In this document: in pieces, positions 28,271 through 36,338 of the stretch
How the letters are laid out: the number at the start of each line of letters is the position of its first letter
Numbering within the stretch: position 1 is the first letter of the stretch
IMG/VR virus record: IMGVR_UViG_3300033069_000956
Location: 3,810-67,809 of that record
Length of the DNA stretch: 64,000 nucleotides
Strand: one strand, 5' to 3'
Source: a virus
Taxonomy: Duplodnaviria > Caudoviricetes
Position numbers and translations under genes: made by a program
Notes under the pieces: generated by a model
Seen by the model: only the letters and a program-made list of their open reading frames with translations
The model's database searches: none
Told to the model about the DNA's origin: nothing

Positions 28271-29973
28271 TGCGTCGATACGAAGATCTGGACGAGCTTC
28301 AGCAGCTTGCAATCGACGACCTGTTTGAGCACGATGAACGCCTGGCTTTGCTTGAGACCGGCTTCGGCAAGACCGTCGTCGCCATGACTGCTGGCGAAGA
28401 ACTCATCGCGGCTGGTGTGGTGCAGCGCCCGATCGTCTTCGCTCCGCTGCGCGTGGCTACGGCCACGTGGCCAGGTGAGCGTCTCGAATGGGCGCACCTC
28501 AAGAACGTAGCTATGGTGGAGTGGGGCGGGCCACCCGACGAGTGGGAGGACAGTCTCTGGAAGCAGTCGCGCCTGCTATGGGGCCAGCGCCTGCACGCCG
28601 AGGCTTCGCTGCGCGGCGCTGACGTCCGCGTGCGCGCAAAACTGGAGAAGGTCGCCGACGCCAAGGTCGCGGTTGCTGCCGGCACCGCCATGAACCCTGA
28701 CCAAGCCGCGCAGCATGTCGCGGACTTCTACCGGCGCAAATTCGAACCCAACCCGAACGAAGTGCGCGAGGCGATCAACGCCGTGGTCGTGCCGCTCGAA
28801 GAAAAGCTCGACGCGGTCATCGCCGAGGAGAAGCGTGTCAACAAGCTGATCCGAAAAACCGAGCCGCCGAAGGCGTGGCACGTCACCTCTTTCGAAAACG
28901 TAGAGTGGTTCTGCAGCCTCTACGCCCCCGGCGAATCGCCTTTCGATCTTTGGATAGTGGACGAAACCGGACGATTGGCGCGCAACCCAAAGTCGCCGCG
29001 CTACAAGGCGGTCAAGAAACACATGCCCTACGCCAAGATGCGCTGGGGGCTTAACGCCACGCCAGCGCCGGAAGGGTGTGAAGATATTTTCGGCCAAGTG
29101 CAAATCGTCGTCGGCAGGCGCCTATGGGGGCCGAGTTTCTACACTTGGCGACAGCGCTTCTTCGTTCCGGGAGACTATACGGGCTATAGTTATCGATTGC
29201 AGCTGGGCGCCTTCGACCTCCTGATGGCCGACCTCAACAAGGTCGCCTTCCGCGCGCCGGCTACGGCCTATACCAAGAACGCCACGGTGCGCGAGATCGA
29301 AGTGACGCTGCCGCCAAAGGCGCGCGCGGCCTACGAGGATATGGCTAGGCAGATGGCAGTCGAACTCGACACACTGAAGCCCGGTGATGACCTCATCGTT
29401 GGCGACATGGTCGTCGCCATGAGCGAGGCGGTTGCATCGCAGAAGCTGCGGCAGATCGTGCAAGGCTACATTTACCACGTCGACGATAAGGGTGTGCGTA
29501 CTGTGCACCACCTGCACGACGAGAAGACCGAGGCGCTGGCCGAACTGATCGATTCCATGGGCCGCGAACCGCTGCTCGTCGCTTACGGCTTTGACCAGGA
29601 CTTGGACAACATCCGCAAGATATGGAAGAACGTGCCCTATATCGGGCAGGGGATATCGTCAGCGCAGGCGTCCGAGAACATAGCCCGCTGGAACAAGCGC
29701 GAACTCCCGGTATTGGCCGTCCATCCCGCCAGCTGTTCACACGGCCTAAACCTGCAGTATGGCGGTCATCATGTGGCATGGCTCACCCTGCCGTGGTCGC
29801 TGGATGGGTACAAGCAGACCGTCGAGCGCATCGACCGCCGCGGGCAAACGCACCCGGTATTCAGCCACCATATCACGGCGAAGGACACGATAGATCAGCG
29901 CGTATCCGAGGCGCTGGTAGCGAAGGACGAAGCGCAGAACAAGCTCATCGCCGCTATCCGACAGTTGGGCTAG
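28270..29973 (+). CDS. SNF2/SF2 helicase
   Basis: ETGFGKT, IVDETG, LNATPA, SHGLNLQ, QTVERIDRRGQ motifs. Confidence 0.9.
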   Translation: MRRYEDLDELQQLAIDDLFEHDERLALLETGFGKTVVAMTAGEELIAAGVVQRPIVFAPLRVATATWPGERLEWAHLKNVAMVEWGGPPDEWEDSLWKQSRLLWGQRLHAEASLRGADVRVRAKLEKVADAKVAVAAGTAMNPDQAAQHVADFYRRKFEPNPNEVREAINAVVVPLEEKLDAVIAEEKRVNKLIRKTEPPKAWHVTSFENVEWFCSLYAPGESPFDLWIVDETGRLARNPKSPRYKAVKKHMPYAKMRWGLNATPAPEGCEDIFGQVQIVVGRRLWGPSFYTWRQRFFVPGDYTGYSYRLQLGAFDLLMADLNKVAFRAPATAYTKNATVREIEVTLPPKARAAYEDMARQMAVELDTLKPGDDLIVGDMVVAMSEAVASQKLRQIVQGYIYHVDDKGVRTVHHLHDEKTEALAELIDSMGREPLLVAYGFDQDLDNIRKIWKNVPYIGQGISSAQASENIARWNKRELPVLAVHPASCSHGLNLQYGGHHVAWLTLPWSLDGYKQTVERIDRRGQTHPVFSHHITAKDTIDQRVSEALVAKDEAQNKLIAAIRQLG

Positions 29974-30161
29974 AGGCTGACGCCGATCAAAGGCAGCGCC
30001 CGGTAGAGCACGACCAGGACAGCGACGAGGATCACCAGCGCCTGGGCGATTTGACGGAAGCTCCCCTCCATGGGGAGCATGTCGATAAGGCGCAGGACAA
30101 TCCAGCAGACAATGCCGACGACAATCAGCAGGACGATCAGTCCAATCAGACCTTCAATCAC
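29970..30161 (-). CDS. Small two-TM membrane protein
   Basis: GTG 30161; two hydrophobic helices separated by DMLPMEGSFRQ. Confidence 0.6.
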   Translation of the reverse strand: MIEGLIGLIVLLIVVGIVCWIVLRLIDMLPMEGSFRQIAQALVILVAVLVVLYRALPLIGVSL

Positions 30162-30205
30162 AATCCATCTCCTTGGCGGGGTGAACCCGCGGTCAGGAGC
30201 ATAAC

Positions 30206-30240
30206 ACACAAAAGGCCCCGCCGGTTCAATGGCGGGGCCT
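30206..30240 (-). terminator. Rho-independent terminator
   Basis: AGGCCCCGCC/GGCGGGGCCT 10-bp stem followed by UUUU on minus strand. Confidence 0.7.
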
Positions 30241-30346
30241 CGTATCATATGCGGCGGGTAGTCACCGGTATGGGGCTCTTTCAGAAAGCATCACCTGCCT
30301 TTCTTCTGGTGTTTATCGGCTGCGACAAATCAATTGGGCGTCAGCT

Positions 30347-30610
30347 CTAATCGTTGGGCGCCGCGAACGCATCCGGTTCTTCGGGGTAAATGACCCCGGC
30401 ACTGACAAGGCTGTCATAGGTAGCGACGCGCGGATAGTGGGCGAGCAGCGCCGGGTCGACGAGCTGGGCCACGACCTGGCTGAAGAAGTACCGGCCGTCG
30501 CCGACGCCCGCGACATAGGTGGTGTCGCCGAAGACCAGCTTGACGACCAGCTCGCCGTCCTGGACGGTGACGATCGGGGCGACGTGCGTGCGCTCGGTGC
30601 GGTAGGTCAC
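30347..30610 (-). CDS. Hypothetical protein
   Basis: 87 aa, coupled cluster. Confidence 0.55.
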   Translation of the reverse strand: MTYRTERTHVAPIVTVQDGELVVKLVFGDTTYVAGVGDGRYFFSQVVAQLVDPALLAHYPRVATYDSLVSAGVIYPEEPDAFAAPND

Positions 30611-30798
30611 TTGAACTTCTCCAATTCGAGCCGCAGTTCATCAGCGGCGGTCAGCGTGTCGCGCGAGAGCATGCCGCCGTTGCCGCCGACCCAGCGCCCG
30701 GCAACCATCGAGCCGTTGTCGTCGTGGCTCACGGCCTTGACCAGGGCGCGCGATTTCTTGACGAGCGCCTGGACGTCGGGGGTAGGTGCGTCGCTCAC
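30607..30798 (-). CDS. Hypothetical protein
   Basis: GTG start with GGAGG, 63 aa. Confidence 0.55.
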   Translation of the reverse strand: MSDAPTPDVQALVKKSRALVKAVSHDDNGSMVAGRWVGGNGGMLSRDTLTAADELRLELEKFK

Positions 30799-30971
30799 GC
30801 CCCGCCTCCCTGCTTGGTTGGCACCCACAGCCATTGACCCGGTGTCGGGCCGGCGGGTGACCGATAGTAGTACGTGCCCGTCATGTCGGGCTGGAAGGAT
30901 CGCTTGTCGCGCTCGGTGTGCACCTTGCCGTTCAGCGGTCCGCCCTGACAGATTCCGGTGCGCGCGGTCAT
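30795..30971 (-). CDS. Hypothetical protein
   Basis: ATG 30971, GGPLNG motif, 58 aa. Confidence 0.5.
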   Translation of the reverse strand: MTARTGICQGGPLNGKVHTERDKRSFQPDMTGTYYYRSPAGPTPGQWLWVPTKQGGGA

Positions 30972-31195
30972 TCGCCCGCGGTGCCCACCACACCGCCAAG
31001 TGCGCAGCTGCGCCAATCTCCGTCGGCGAACGACGCTACGTCCAACTGAAGCGTAACCCACGCCCGAGAGGTGACCTTCGTCAGCACCAGCGTACCGTTC
31101 GGCTGTACGCGCATATGATCGGCGTCCACCCGGATCGGCGAATTGTCGTGAAGCCTCACGTAATAGAAGCGAGAACCTTTACCGCGCGCGTTCAT
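30968..31195 (-). CDS. Hypothetical protein
   Basis: 75 aa, ATGA coupling. Confidence 0.5.
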   Translation of the reverse strand: MNARGKGSRFYYVRLHDNSPIRVDADHMRVQPNGTLVLTKVTSRAWVTLQLDVASFADGDWRSCALGGVVGTAGE

Positions 31196-31368
31196 CGTGC
31201 TGCTCCTGCCATGACCTTGCGCGCATAGAGCACCTGCGCCACGGCCTCGGGCGTATTGAAGACGCCGGGCATGCGCGACAGGGCGTTGCTGCGCAGGTCG
31301 AGCACTTCGGTGAACATGCCCTTGCTGGTGCGCGAATGGTTGACCTGGTAGTTCGAGAGGTCTGTCAT
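31192..31368 (-). CDS. Hypothetical protein (missed by ORF track)
   Basis: MTDLSNYQVNHSRTSKGMFTEVLDL..., 58 aa, coupled both sides. Confidence 0.5.
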   Translation of the reverse strand: MTDLSNYQVNHSRTSKGMFTEVLDLRSNALSRMPGVFNTPEAVAQVLYARKVMAGAAR

Positions 31369-31703
31369 GCGTCGTCCTCCGGGAGCTTGATGCGCTGTGG
31401 CTGGAAGACAGCGCGGTTGAGCGCCATGAAGCCTTCCTGGAAATGCGTCCGGGCGACAGCGACCCAGCGCTTGTCGGTGGCTACGCCAATGGTTCGCAGC
31501 ACGGTGTCATGCCCCTCACCGGGGAGGCAAGGCTCCCCGTTATCCTTGTTCACGAACTGGTACAGTGGGCCGTCGCCGAGCGCGTCAAGCTTGCGCAGCA
31601 GGCGCTCTTCGTCTTGCTTGAACTCGTTGACGAGCGCGACCTTGTCCTCGGTCTGCGGCTGGTAGCCGTGCACCGGCAGACCGTTGAGGTTGTTCTCGGT
31701 CAT
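31365..31703 (-). CDS. acb2: Acb2-like anti-CBASS cyclic-nucleotide sponge
   Basis: VHGYQPQTEDKVALVNEFK and RWVAVARTHFQEGFMALNRAVFQP match the Acb2 pattern GY..L.....LMN..K / RW.AIAKT..Q.G.MAL.RA..QP. Confidence 0.75.
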   Translation of the reverse strand: MTENNLNGLPVHGYQPQTEDKVALVNEFKQDEERLLRKLDALGDGPLYQFVNKDNGEPCLPGEGHDTVLRTIGVATDKRWVAVARTHFQEGFMALNRAVFQPQRIKLPEDDA

Positions 31704-31927
31704 GCAATAGTCTCCTTGCTGGCGGTGAACCCGCGATCCTCGGCCAGCCATGTCGGCAGGTCAACGAGAGCCCAACGGGTGTTGGGGCGGTCAGGGTCCG
31801 GGGTGATCTTGAGGTGGCGCTTGGGCAGCCAGCGCGCTTGCAGGCGGCTGCCGTTGATGCCGGCCAGTACCGCCGCTTCGGTGTCGGAGAAGACGTGCAT
31901 CATGAGCGTGGTGCGGTTGGCGGGCAT
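31700..31927 (-). CDS. Hypothetical protein
   Basis: 75 aa, AAAGGAACC RBS. Confidence 0.55.
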   Translation of the reverse strand: MPANRTTLMMHVFSDTEAAVLAGINGSRLQARWLPKRHLKITPDPDRPNTRWALVDLPTWLAEDRGFTASKETIA

Positions 31928-31929
31928 GC

Positions 31930-32290
31930 GTGGTTCCTTTGAATGTAGCCAGGAGACGTCTCAATTTGACCGTATCATGAACCCTGTCGAACAGAGCAGG
32001 CGGGGCGGCATTGAAACTCTCTACTTAGTCGGACACTCCTGGTTGCCCGGCGGAAAGTACCCCGCCTCGTTAATTTTAGCGCCGGGCTGGCTGCGAGAGA
32101 CGGGGGTACGCCAGCCCGGCGCCTTGTCCGTCAGATCCGCCGCGGTCCATTGGGAGGAGGGAGCCAACCGGGCGATCATGACGAATATTTGGGTGTCTAA
32201 TGGCGGGCTTTCCCCGCCGCGTTGCATGACCGCCTCCCCCGTTACAAGATCATCCAGGCTTTTACACTGGCCTGTTGCAGCACCAATACC
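31930..32290 (-). ncRNA. Candidate structured leader / small RNA
   Basis: ~360 nt between promoter and first convincing gene, with a perfect 13-bp stem (32079-32091/32110-32122) and a GGCGGG-GAAAG-CCCGCC hairpin. Confidence 0.35.
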
Positions 32291-32294
32291 CCCG

Positions 32295-32360
32295 TCTATA
32301 ACCGATCCAACCCCGCCCTGTCAAGACAGTCTTGACATTATTTTACCGAGCCGGTAGACA
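32295..32360. promoter_or_regulatory. Back-to-back promoters sharing a perfect 19-bp palindrome
   Basis: TGTCAAGAC-A-GTCTTGACA at 32319-32337 contains both TTGACA hexamers; +: 17 bp to TAGACA; -: 18 bp to TATAGA. Confidence 0.7.
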
Positions 32361-32366
32361 GAACCC

Positions 32367-32576
32367 ATGACCGCAGAAGAAGCCTGGGCCGAAGAACGCA
32401 AGGGCCTGTACCTGACCGACATAGCCAAGACACTGAACATCACCCGCGCTGCGGTCAGTGCGTGGACGCGCGTGCCTGCCGAACACGTCATCACCGTGGC
32501 GGAACTCACCGGCATTGCGCGCGAGCGTCTGCGCCCGGACCTCTACCCGATCAACCCCTGGTCAACCATTCGATAG
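32367..32576 (+). CDS. Cro/YdaS-like HTH regulator (apparently leaderless)
   Basis: LTDIAKTLNITRAAVSAW.RVPAEHV...TGIARERLRPDLY. Confidence 0.85.
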   Translation: MTAEEAWAEERKGLYLTDIAKTLNITRAAVSAWTRVPAEHVITVAELTGIARERLRPDLYPINPWSTIR

Positions 32577-32584
32577 GACATTTG

Positions 32585-33379
32585 ATGCCCCCCACTGCAA
32601 AGCCCAAAACCCCGACTATTCTGGCCGAACTGGCCCAGCTTGCCGCCAACCTCAAGGCGGTTCCCTATGAAGACCTGGCCTCAACCCTGACCGAGACCGG
32701 CTTGATCTCGCTGCTGGCCCAGACCGACGTGACGGCGGCCCCGAGCGGGGCGACGCTGGTCACCTTCGATGTCATGGTCGGGCACAGCTATGACGCGCTC
32801 GAGCGCCTCGATTCGATCACCGTGGCCATGCCGCCGAACCCCGGCCCGGTGTCCGTCGGTGCGCGTCTCGCCGCGCGTGAGAGCGTCATGTTCCTGCTCA
32901 CCGGGCGGCTGCCGCCGGTCCGTCCGCCTGTGGCCGAGACGGCAACGCCCAGGACCGGGCAGATGAACGGCGCAGACCGTACCGTTGACCTGTCGGGCGT
33001 GGTGGAGGACGACGTCCACCTCGACCCGGAAGCCGACGAGGACCCCGCAGTATCCGACCTTGCCATTGTCGGGCGCCGTGAACCGGACGGCCTGCCGATC
33101 TTCCGTGACCTCTACGAGATCGGTCCCGACGAAGCCTCGAACACCGGCGAGATCATCGCGGCGATCCTGAAAGAGCTCGACACATTCCTGGCCACCGCTT
33201 CGGCTGAACAGATCGACGCCCTGCCGGTCAAGAACCCCGATCTCCTGCCCTTCGTCAAGGACCTCGGGCGACCCGACGATACGGCGCGCCTGCGCAAACT
33301 GGTCGAGGCCCGCAAGGCCGAGCTGGCGTCCGCCGGCGCGCCGCGCCGTCGCGTCTCTGCCTTGCAGCGGGCCAACTGA
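32585..33379 (+). CDS. Hypothetical protein
   Basis: ATG 32585 after AGGA; ~264 aa; strong GC3 bias. Confidence 0.65.
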   Translation: MPPTAKPKTPTILAELAQLAANLKAVPYEDLASTLTETGLISLLAQTDVTAAPSGATLVTFDVMVGHSYDALERLDSITVAMPPNPGPVSVGARLAARESVMFLLTGRLPPVRPPVAETATPRTGQMNGADRTVDLSGVVEDDVHLDPEADEDPAVSDLAIVGRREPDGLPIFRDLYEIGPDEASNTGEIIAAILKELDTFLATASAEQIDALPVKNPDLLPFVKDLGRPDDTARLRKLVEARKAELASAGAPRRRVSALQRAN

Positions 33380-33453
33380 GTATTGACGGCCCGCGCCGAA
33401 CTGCGGTAAACAATGACCGTCAGGCGTGGTAACCTGACGCTGCGCATGACCTT

Positions 33454-33807
33454 TCAGGTTGGCGTGGTTCCTTTTGAAAACGGTCGCAGCTTACCCTGCG
33501 GCCGTTTTTTATTGTCTTCCACGTCGCGCTCGAGCGCGGTCACGAACACATCGTAGGCGTCGTCGTCGCGCATGTCCTCAACGCGACTGATTCCATAGGC
33601 GATGGCGCGCCGGTCGACATCGAACCACGCCCCGACATCGGCCTGGCGCATGCCGAGGACAGTATGGCAGAGGTACCAGCACAGGTGCCGAGCCCGGGCG
33701 TCACAGTGGCGCTGGAACGGTCCGCAGATGCGCGCCGGCGGCAGCTGGGTGGCCTGCGCAACGAGGCGCAGCACGTCAAAGGCGTCAGTCATGGTGATTC
33801 CTGTCAT
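33454..33807 (-). CDS. DnaA C-terminal-like HTH protein
   Basis: ARARHLCWYLCHTVLGMRQADVGAWFDVDRRAIAYGISRVE matches the DnaA domain IV pattern. Confidence 0.7.
   Translation of the reverse strand: MTGITMTDAFDVLRLVAQATQLPPARICGPFQRHCDARARHLCWYLCHTVLGMRQADVGAWFDVDRRAIAYGISRVEDMRDDDAYDVFVTALERDVEDNKKRPQGKLRPFSKGTTPT
33477..33510. terminator. Bidirectional Rho-independent terminator
   Basis: AAAACGGTCGCAG-CTTACC-CTGCGGCCGTTTTTT at convergent gene ends. Confidence 0.7.
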
Positions 33808-34352
33808 TTACGCGCTACGATATCCGGTGGGTCGCCGGGGCGCGGCTTGGGCGGGGGCGTGCCGAGCATGTCTTCGTCGGGCAGGTTGATGATCAGGGCG
33901 AGCATGTTTTCCGCCCAGTACCATTCGGGGTGGCGCTTCGGGATACCGTTGCGCAGGCCTAGCCGGCGCGCCGAGACCGTGCAGGTGAAGCGGCTCTGCG
34001 TTGGCCGTGCCACCCAGCCGCGCGGATCATAGCTCGGCGGCTCGACCAGGATCATGACCGCCGGGATCTTGAGGTCGGTCAGGCGCACGAACTGCAGGCG
34101 GATGCGGCGCTTCCGCATGTCCCTTGGCGTGTAATAGAAGGCGGCGTAGCGCTGGTCATGCAGTTCGAGCAGGCGATCGATCACGTCCCCGGAGAAGGTG
34201 AAGGTGATCAGCTTCTGCCCCATGCCGGTGCCCACCAGATGCACGACGTTCTTGAGCGGGGCCGGGCCGGGTGGCTTGCGCGGGCCCGGCGGCTTCTTGC
34301 GCAGCATGCGCTTACGGCCGCGTGGCCCTTTGGACTTGATCGTCTTGACCAT
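33804..34352 (-). CDS. Basic hypothetical protein
   Basis: ATG 34352 coupled to GcrA stop; Lys/Arg/Pro-rich N-terminus. Confidence 0.55.
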   Translation of the reverse strand: MVKTIKSKGPRGRKRMLRKKPPGPRKPPGPAPLKNVVHLVGTGMGQKLITFTFSGDVIDRLLELHDQRYAAFYYTPRDMRKRRIRLQFVRLTDLKIPAVMILVEPPSYDPRGWVARPTQSRFTCTVSARRLGLRNGIPKRHPEWYWAENMLALIINLPDEDMLGTPPPKPRPGDPPDIVARK

Positions 34353-34867
34353 CAGCCGTGCTTTGGTTTGCGGCCCGGTGCCGTTGGGATCGGGCGATTG
34401 CCGCGGGCGAAGTGATGCGGGCACCACGATCGCCCTTCCTTGACCGGCGCATTGCAGAACAGGAACGGCCCGTCGCCGATCGGCCAGGCGCAGCCGGTGC
34501 GCTGTTCGAGCGGAACCGGTGTCGTGCCGGGCAGCGCGCCCCACGCCGCGCCCTTGAGCGGCTTGGTGTCAGGGGCGAGCAGCGGGGCGGTGAGCGCGAC
34601 ATAGTTCGTAATGCCGGCGTGGCGGGGCTTGGCTTTCTTGCGTTCGGCCTTGCGCCGTTTGGCTGTTGCGCGCCCGCCTTTCGTCTTGTCGGCAGTGGCA
34701 ATGGCCCGGGGTAGCTCATTGCGTTCGCGGGCCCGGTGGATCAGACCGGCCACCGCTTCGCGGGAGGTGTTGAGGGCTTCGGCGATCTGCTGGTAGGTCG
34801 AGCCGTCGATCAATAGCGGGCTGATGGCCGTGACGCGCTGCGCGGTGCTGCTTTCGCTCCAGATCAT
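34352..34867 (-). CDS. gcrA: GcrA-family transcriptional regulator
   Basis: N-terminal W...TYQQIAEALNTSREAVAGLIHR HTH and C-terminal CAWPIGD.PFLFC......SWCPHH. Confidence 0.85.
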   Translation of the reverse strand: MIWSESSTAQRVTAISPLLIDGSTYQQIAEALNTSREAVAGLIHRARERNELPRAIATADKTKGGRATAKRRKAERKKAKPRHAGITNYVALTAPLLAPDTKPLKGAAWGALPGTTPVPLEQRTGCAWPIGDGPFLFCNAPVKEGRSWCPHHFARGNRPIPTAPGRKPKHG

Positions 34868-34870
34868 GGG

Positions 34871-35137
34871 CTACTCCTCGTCGATCTGTTCAAGGTCAAA
34901 GCGGGCGCGGGCGAAGATCCGCTTCCGGCGCAGCAGTTTGGCACGGTCCTCTTCGGCGCGCAGGATGAACTCTTCGTTCTCCTCGATGGTGCGCCGGGCG
35001 AGCTTGATGTTGGTGCGCGCCTGGGTGATGGCAACGCGCAACTCGTCAGCCTGCTCGGCGACGCTGGCATAGTGCGCGGCGGCCTGGGCCTTGGGGACGT
35101 TGGGATCGGGGGCGCTCTTGACGGGGGGAGGGCTCAT
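34871..35137 (-). CDS. Coiled-coil hypothetical protein
   Basis: ATG 35137 after AAAGGAACC. Confidence 0.55.
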   Translation of the reverse strand: MSPPPVKSAPDPNVPKAQAAAHYASVAEQADELRVAITQARTNIKLARRTIEENEEFILRAEEDRAKLLRRKRIFARARFDLEQIDEE

Positions 35138-35205
35138 GCGGGGGTTCCTTTCAGGATGGTGGGCGGCCGGGGCGGTGACAGCCCCGGCCGATAAGGCGCA
35201 GACTG

Positions 35206-35700
35206 TCAGCATGCGCCGTCGCTGGTCGATTCCGAGTAGGACAGGTACGGCCGGGACGTGCTGATGGTCTTGTACTTGCGGGTACAAGTCGGCACCGGAG
35301 TTTCAGTCACAATATCCGGGCCATATCCGCCATCGATAACTGTGTCCGGGGTGGCCGCAACCGGCATGATAGCCGCAGAACCAACCGGCTCGGAAAGCGA
35401 CCACGCATAAACGCAATCGGCATTCAGACCAACAGGGGTGTGCATCACGCCATTCATTGCCGGGACCTGCGGGCAATCGCCGTTGCGAACATCGGTCGGA
35501 TGGCTTTTCCCCTTTGTTGCAGCTTTTCCGGGAATCGCTGGTGTGCCGGGAATGACCGTATCAGGAAGCTCGGGGCCTGGGGTCACTGTCGTTTCAATGC
35601 GGGTGCCGTTGGTCTTGCCGATCAGGATAGTAACCGAGGCCGCCGAGGCGGCGGAGGTCAGCATGAGCGCCGCGAGGGCGCCGTAGAGGAAGGGCTTCAT
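35206..35700 (-). CDS. Secreted/periplasmic Pro/Thr-rich protein
   Basis: Signal peptide MKPFLYGALAALMLTSAASA; AGGAG RBS; lower GC. Confidence 0.6.
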   Translation of the reverse strand: MKPFLYGALAALMLTSAASAASVTILIGKTNGTRIETTVTPGPELPDTVIPGTPAIPGKAATKGKSHPTDVRNGDCPQVPAMNGVMHTPVGLNADCVYAWSLSEPVGSAAIMPVAATPDTVIDGGYGPDIVTETPVPTCTRKYKTISTSRPYLSYSESTSDGAC

Positions 35701-35767
35701 TTCAGTCTCCTATGCGTAGCGGTATTGCCACGGTGAGGCGGACCGGGCTGCGGTCCGCCTGGCGGTG

Positions 35768-36115
35768 TCAATCTGGTTTGCTGAGCGCGCGGATCTGGGC
35801 TGCGAGGCCAGCCGACACGTCCTTGGCCGCCCCGTGCACGGCTATCTCGGTCAGGTAGTGACGGTTTCTGACCGAACTCTCCTGTCGGGTTTGCCACTTC
35901 ACGAATTCCGCATCAGCCACTTCAGCAGCCGCCTCTACACCACGCGCATAGCCCCGCGCTTCGGCTTGCATGATAGCGCGGGCGATGGATGCGGTATCCT
36001 TATAGAGCTTTACGTCATCCGGATCGTCGGGGATCAGGCCCCAAAGCTGCTCCAGATTGATCTCATGAGCGATGTCCCAAACATCCTGCGGGATATTTTC
36101 GGGGCGGCTAGGCAT
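35768..36115 (-). CDS. Hypothetical protein
   Basis: MPSRPENIPQDVW..., coupled. Confidence 0.5.
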   Translation of the reverse strand: MPSRPENIPQDVWDIAHEINLEQLWGLIPDDPDDVKLYKDTASIARAIMQAEARGYARGVEAAAEVADAEFVKWQTRQESSVRNRHYLTEIAVHGAAKDVSAGLAAQIRALSKPD

Positions 36116-36338
36116 TGGTGGGCCCCTTCCCATAAAGCGCGCGGATGGCAGCGGATGCGCACTGTTCGCAATCCTCGTAGCCATAGAAGTTGTGCACGCA
36201 CTTATCGTTCTTGCTGTTGATCCCGGCGCGGTCGTAACCTTGGTCGATCAGATCCGCAGCCGCCCTCACCCCAGCCGCATAGCCTTCGCGGCGGGCTTGA
36301 TCGATGGCGCGCTTGATGGCATCGCCCATGTCACTCAT
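36108..36338 (-). CDS. Hypothetical protein with C-terminal Cys motif
   Basis: CVHNFYGYEDCEQC; AAGGAG RBS. Confidence 0.5.
   Translation of the reverse strand: MSDMGDAIKRAIDQARREGYAAGVRAAADLIDQGYDRAGINSKNDKCVHNFYGYEDCEQCASAAIRALYGKGPTNA

Noticed and set aside
33112-33447. Minus-strand ORF downstream of the DnaA-C gene
   Set aside because: It overlaps the well-supported 32585-33379 gene antisense and lies beyond a terminator; no motifs.
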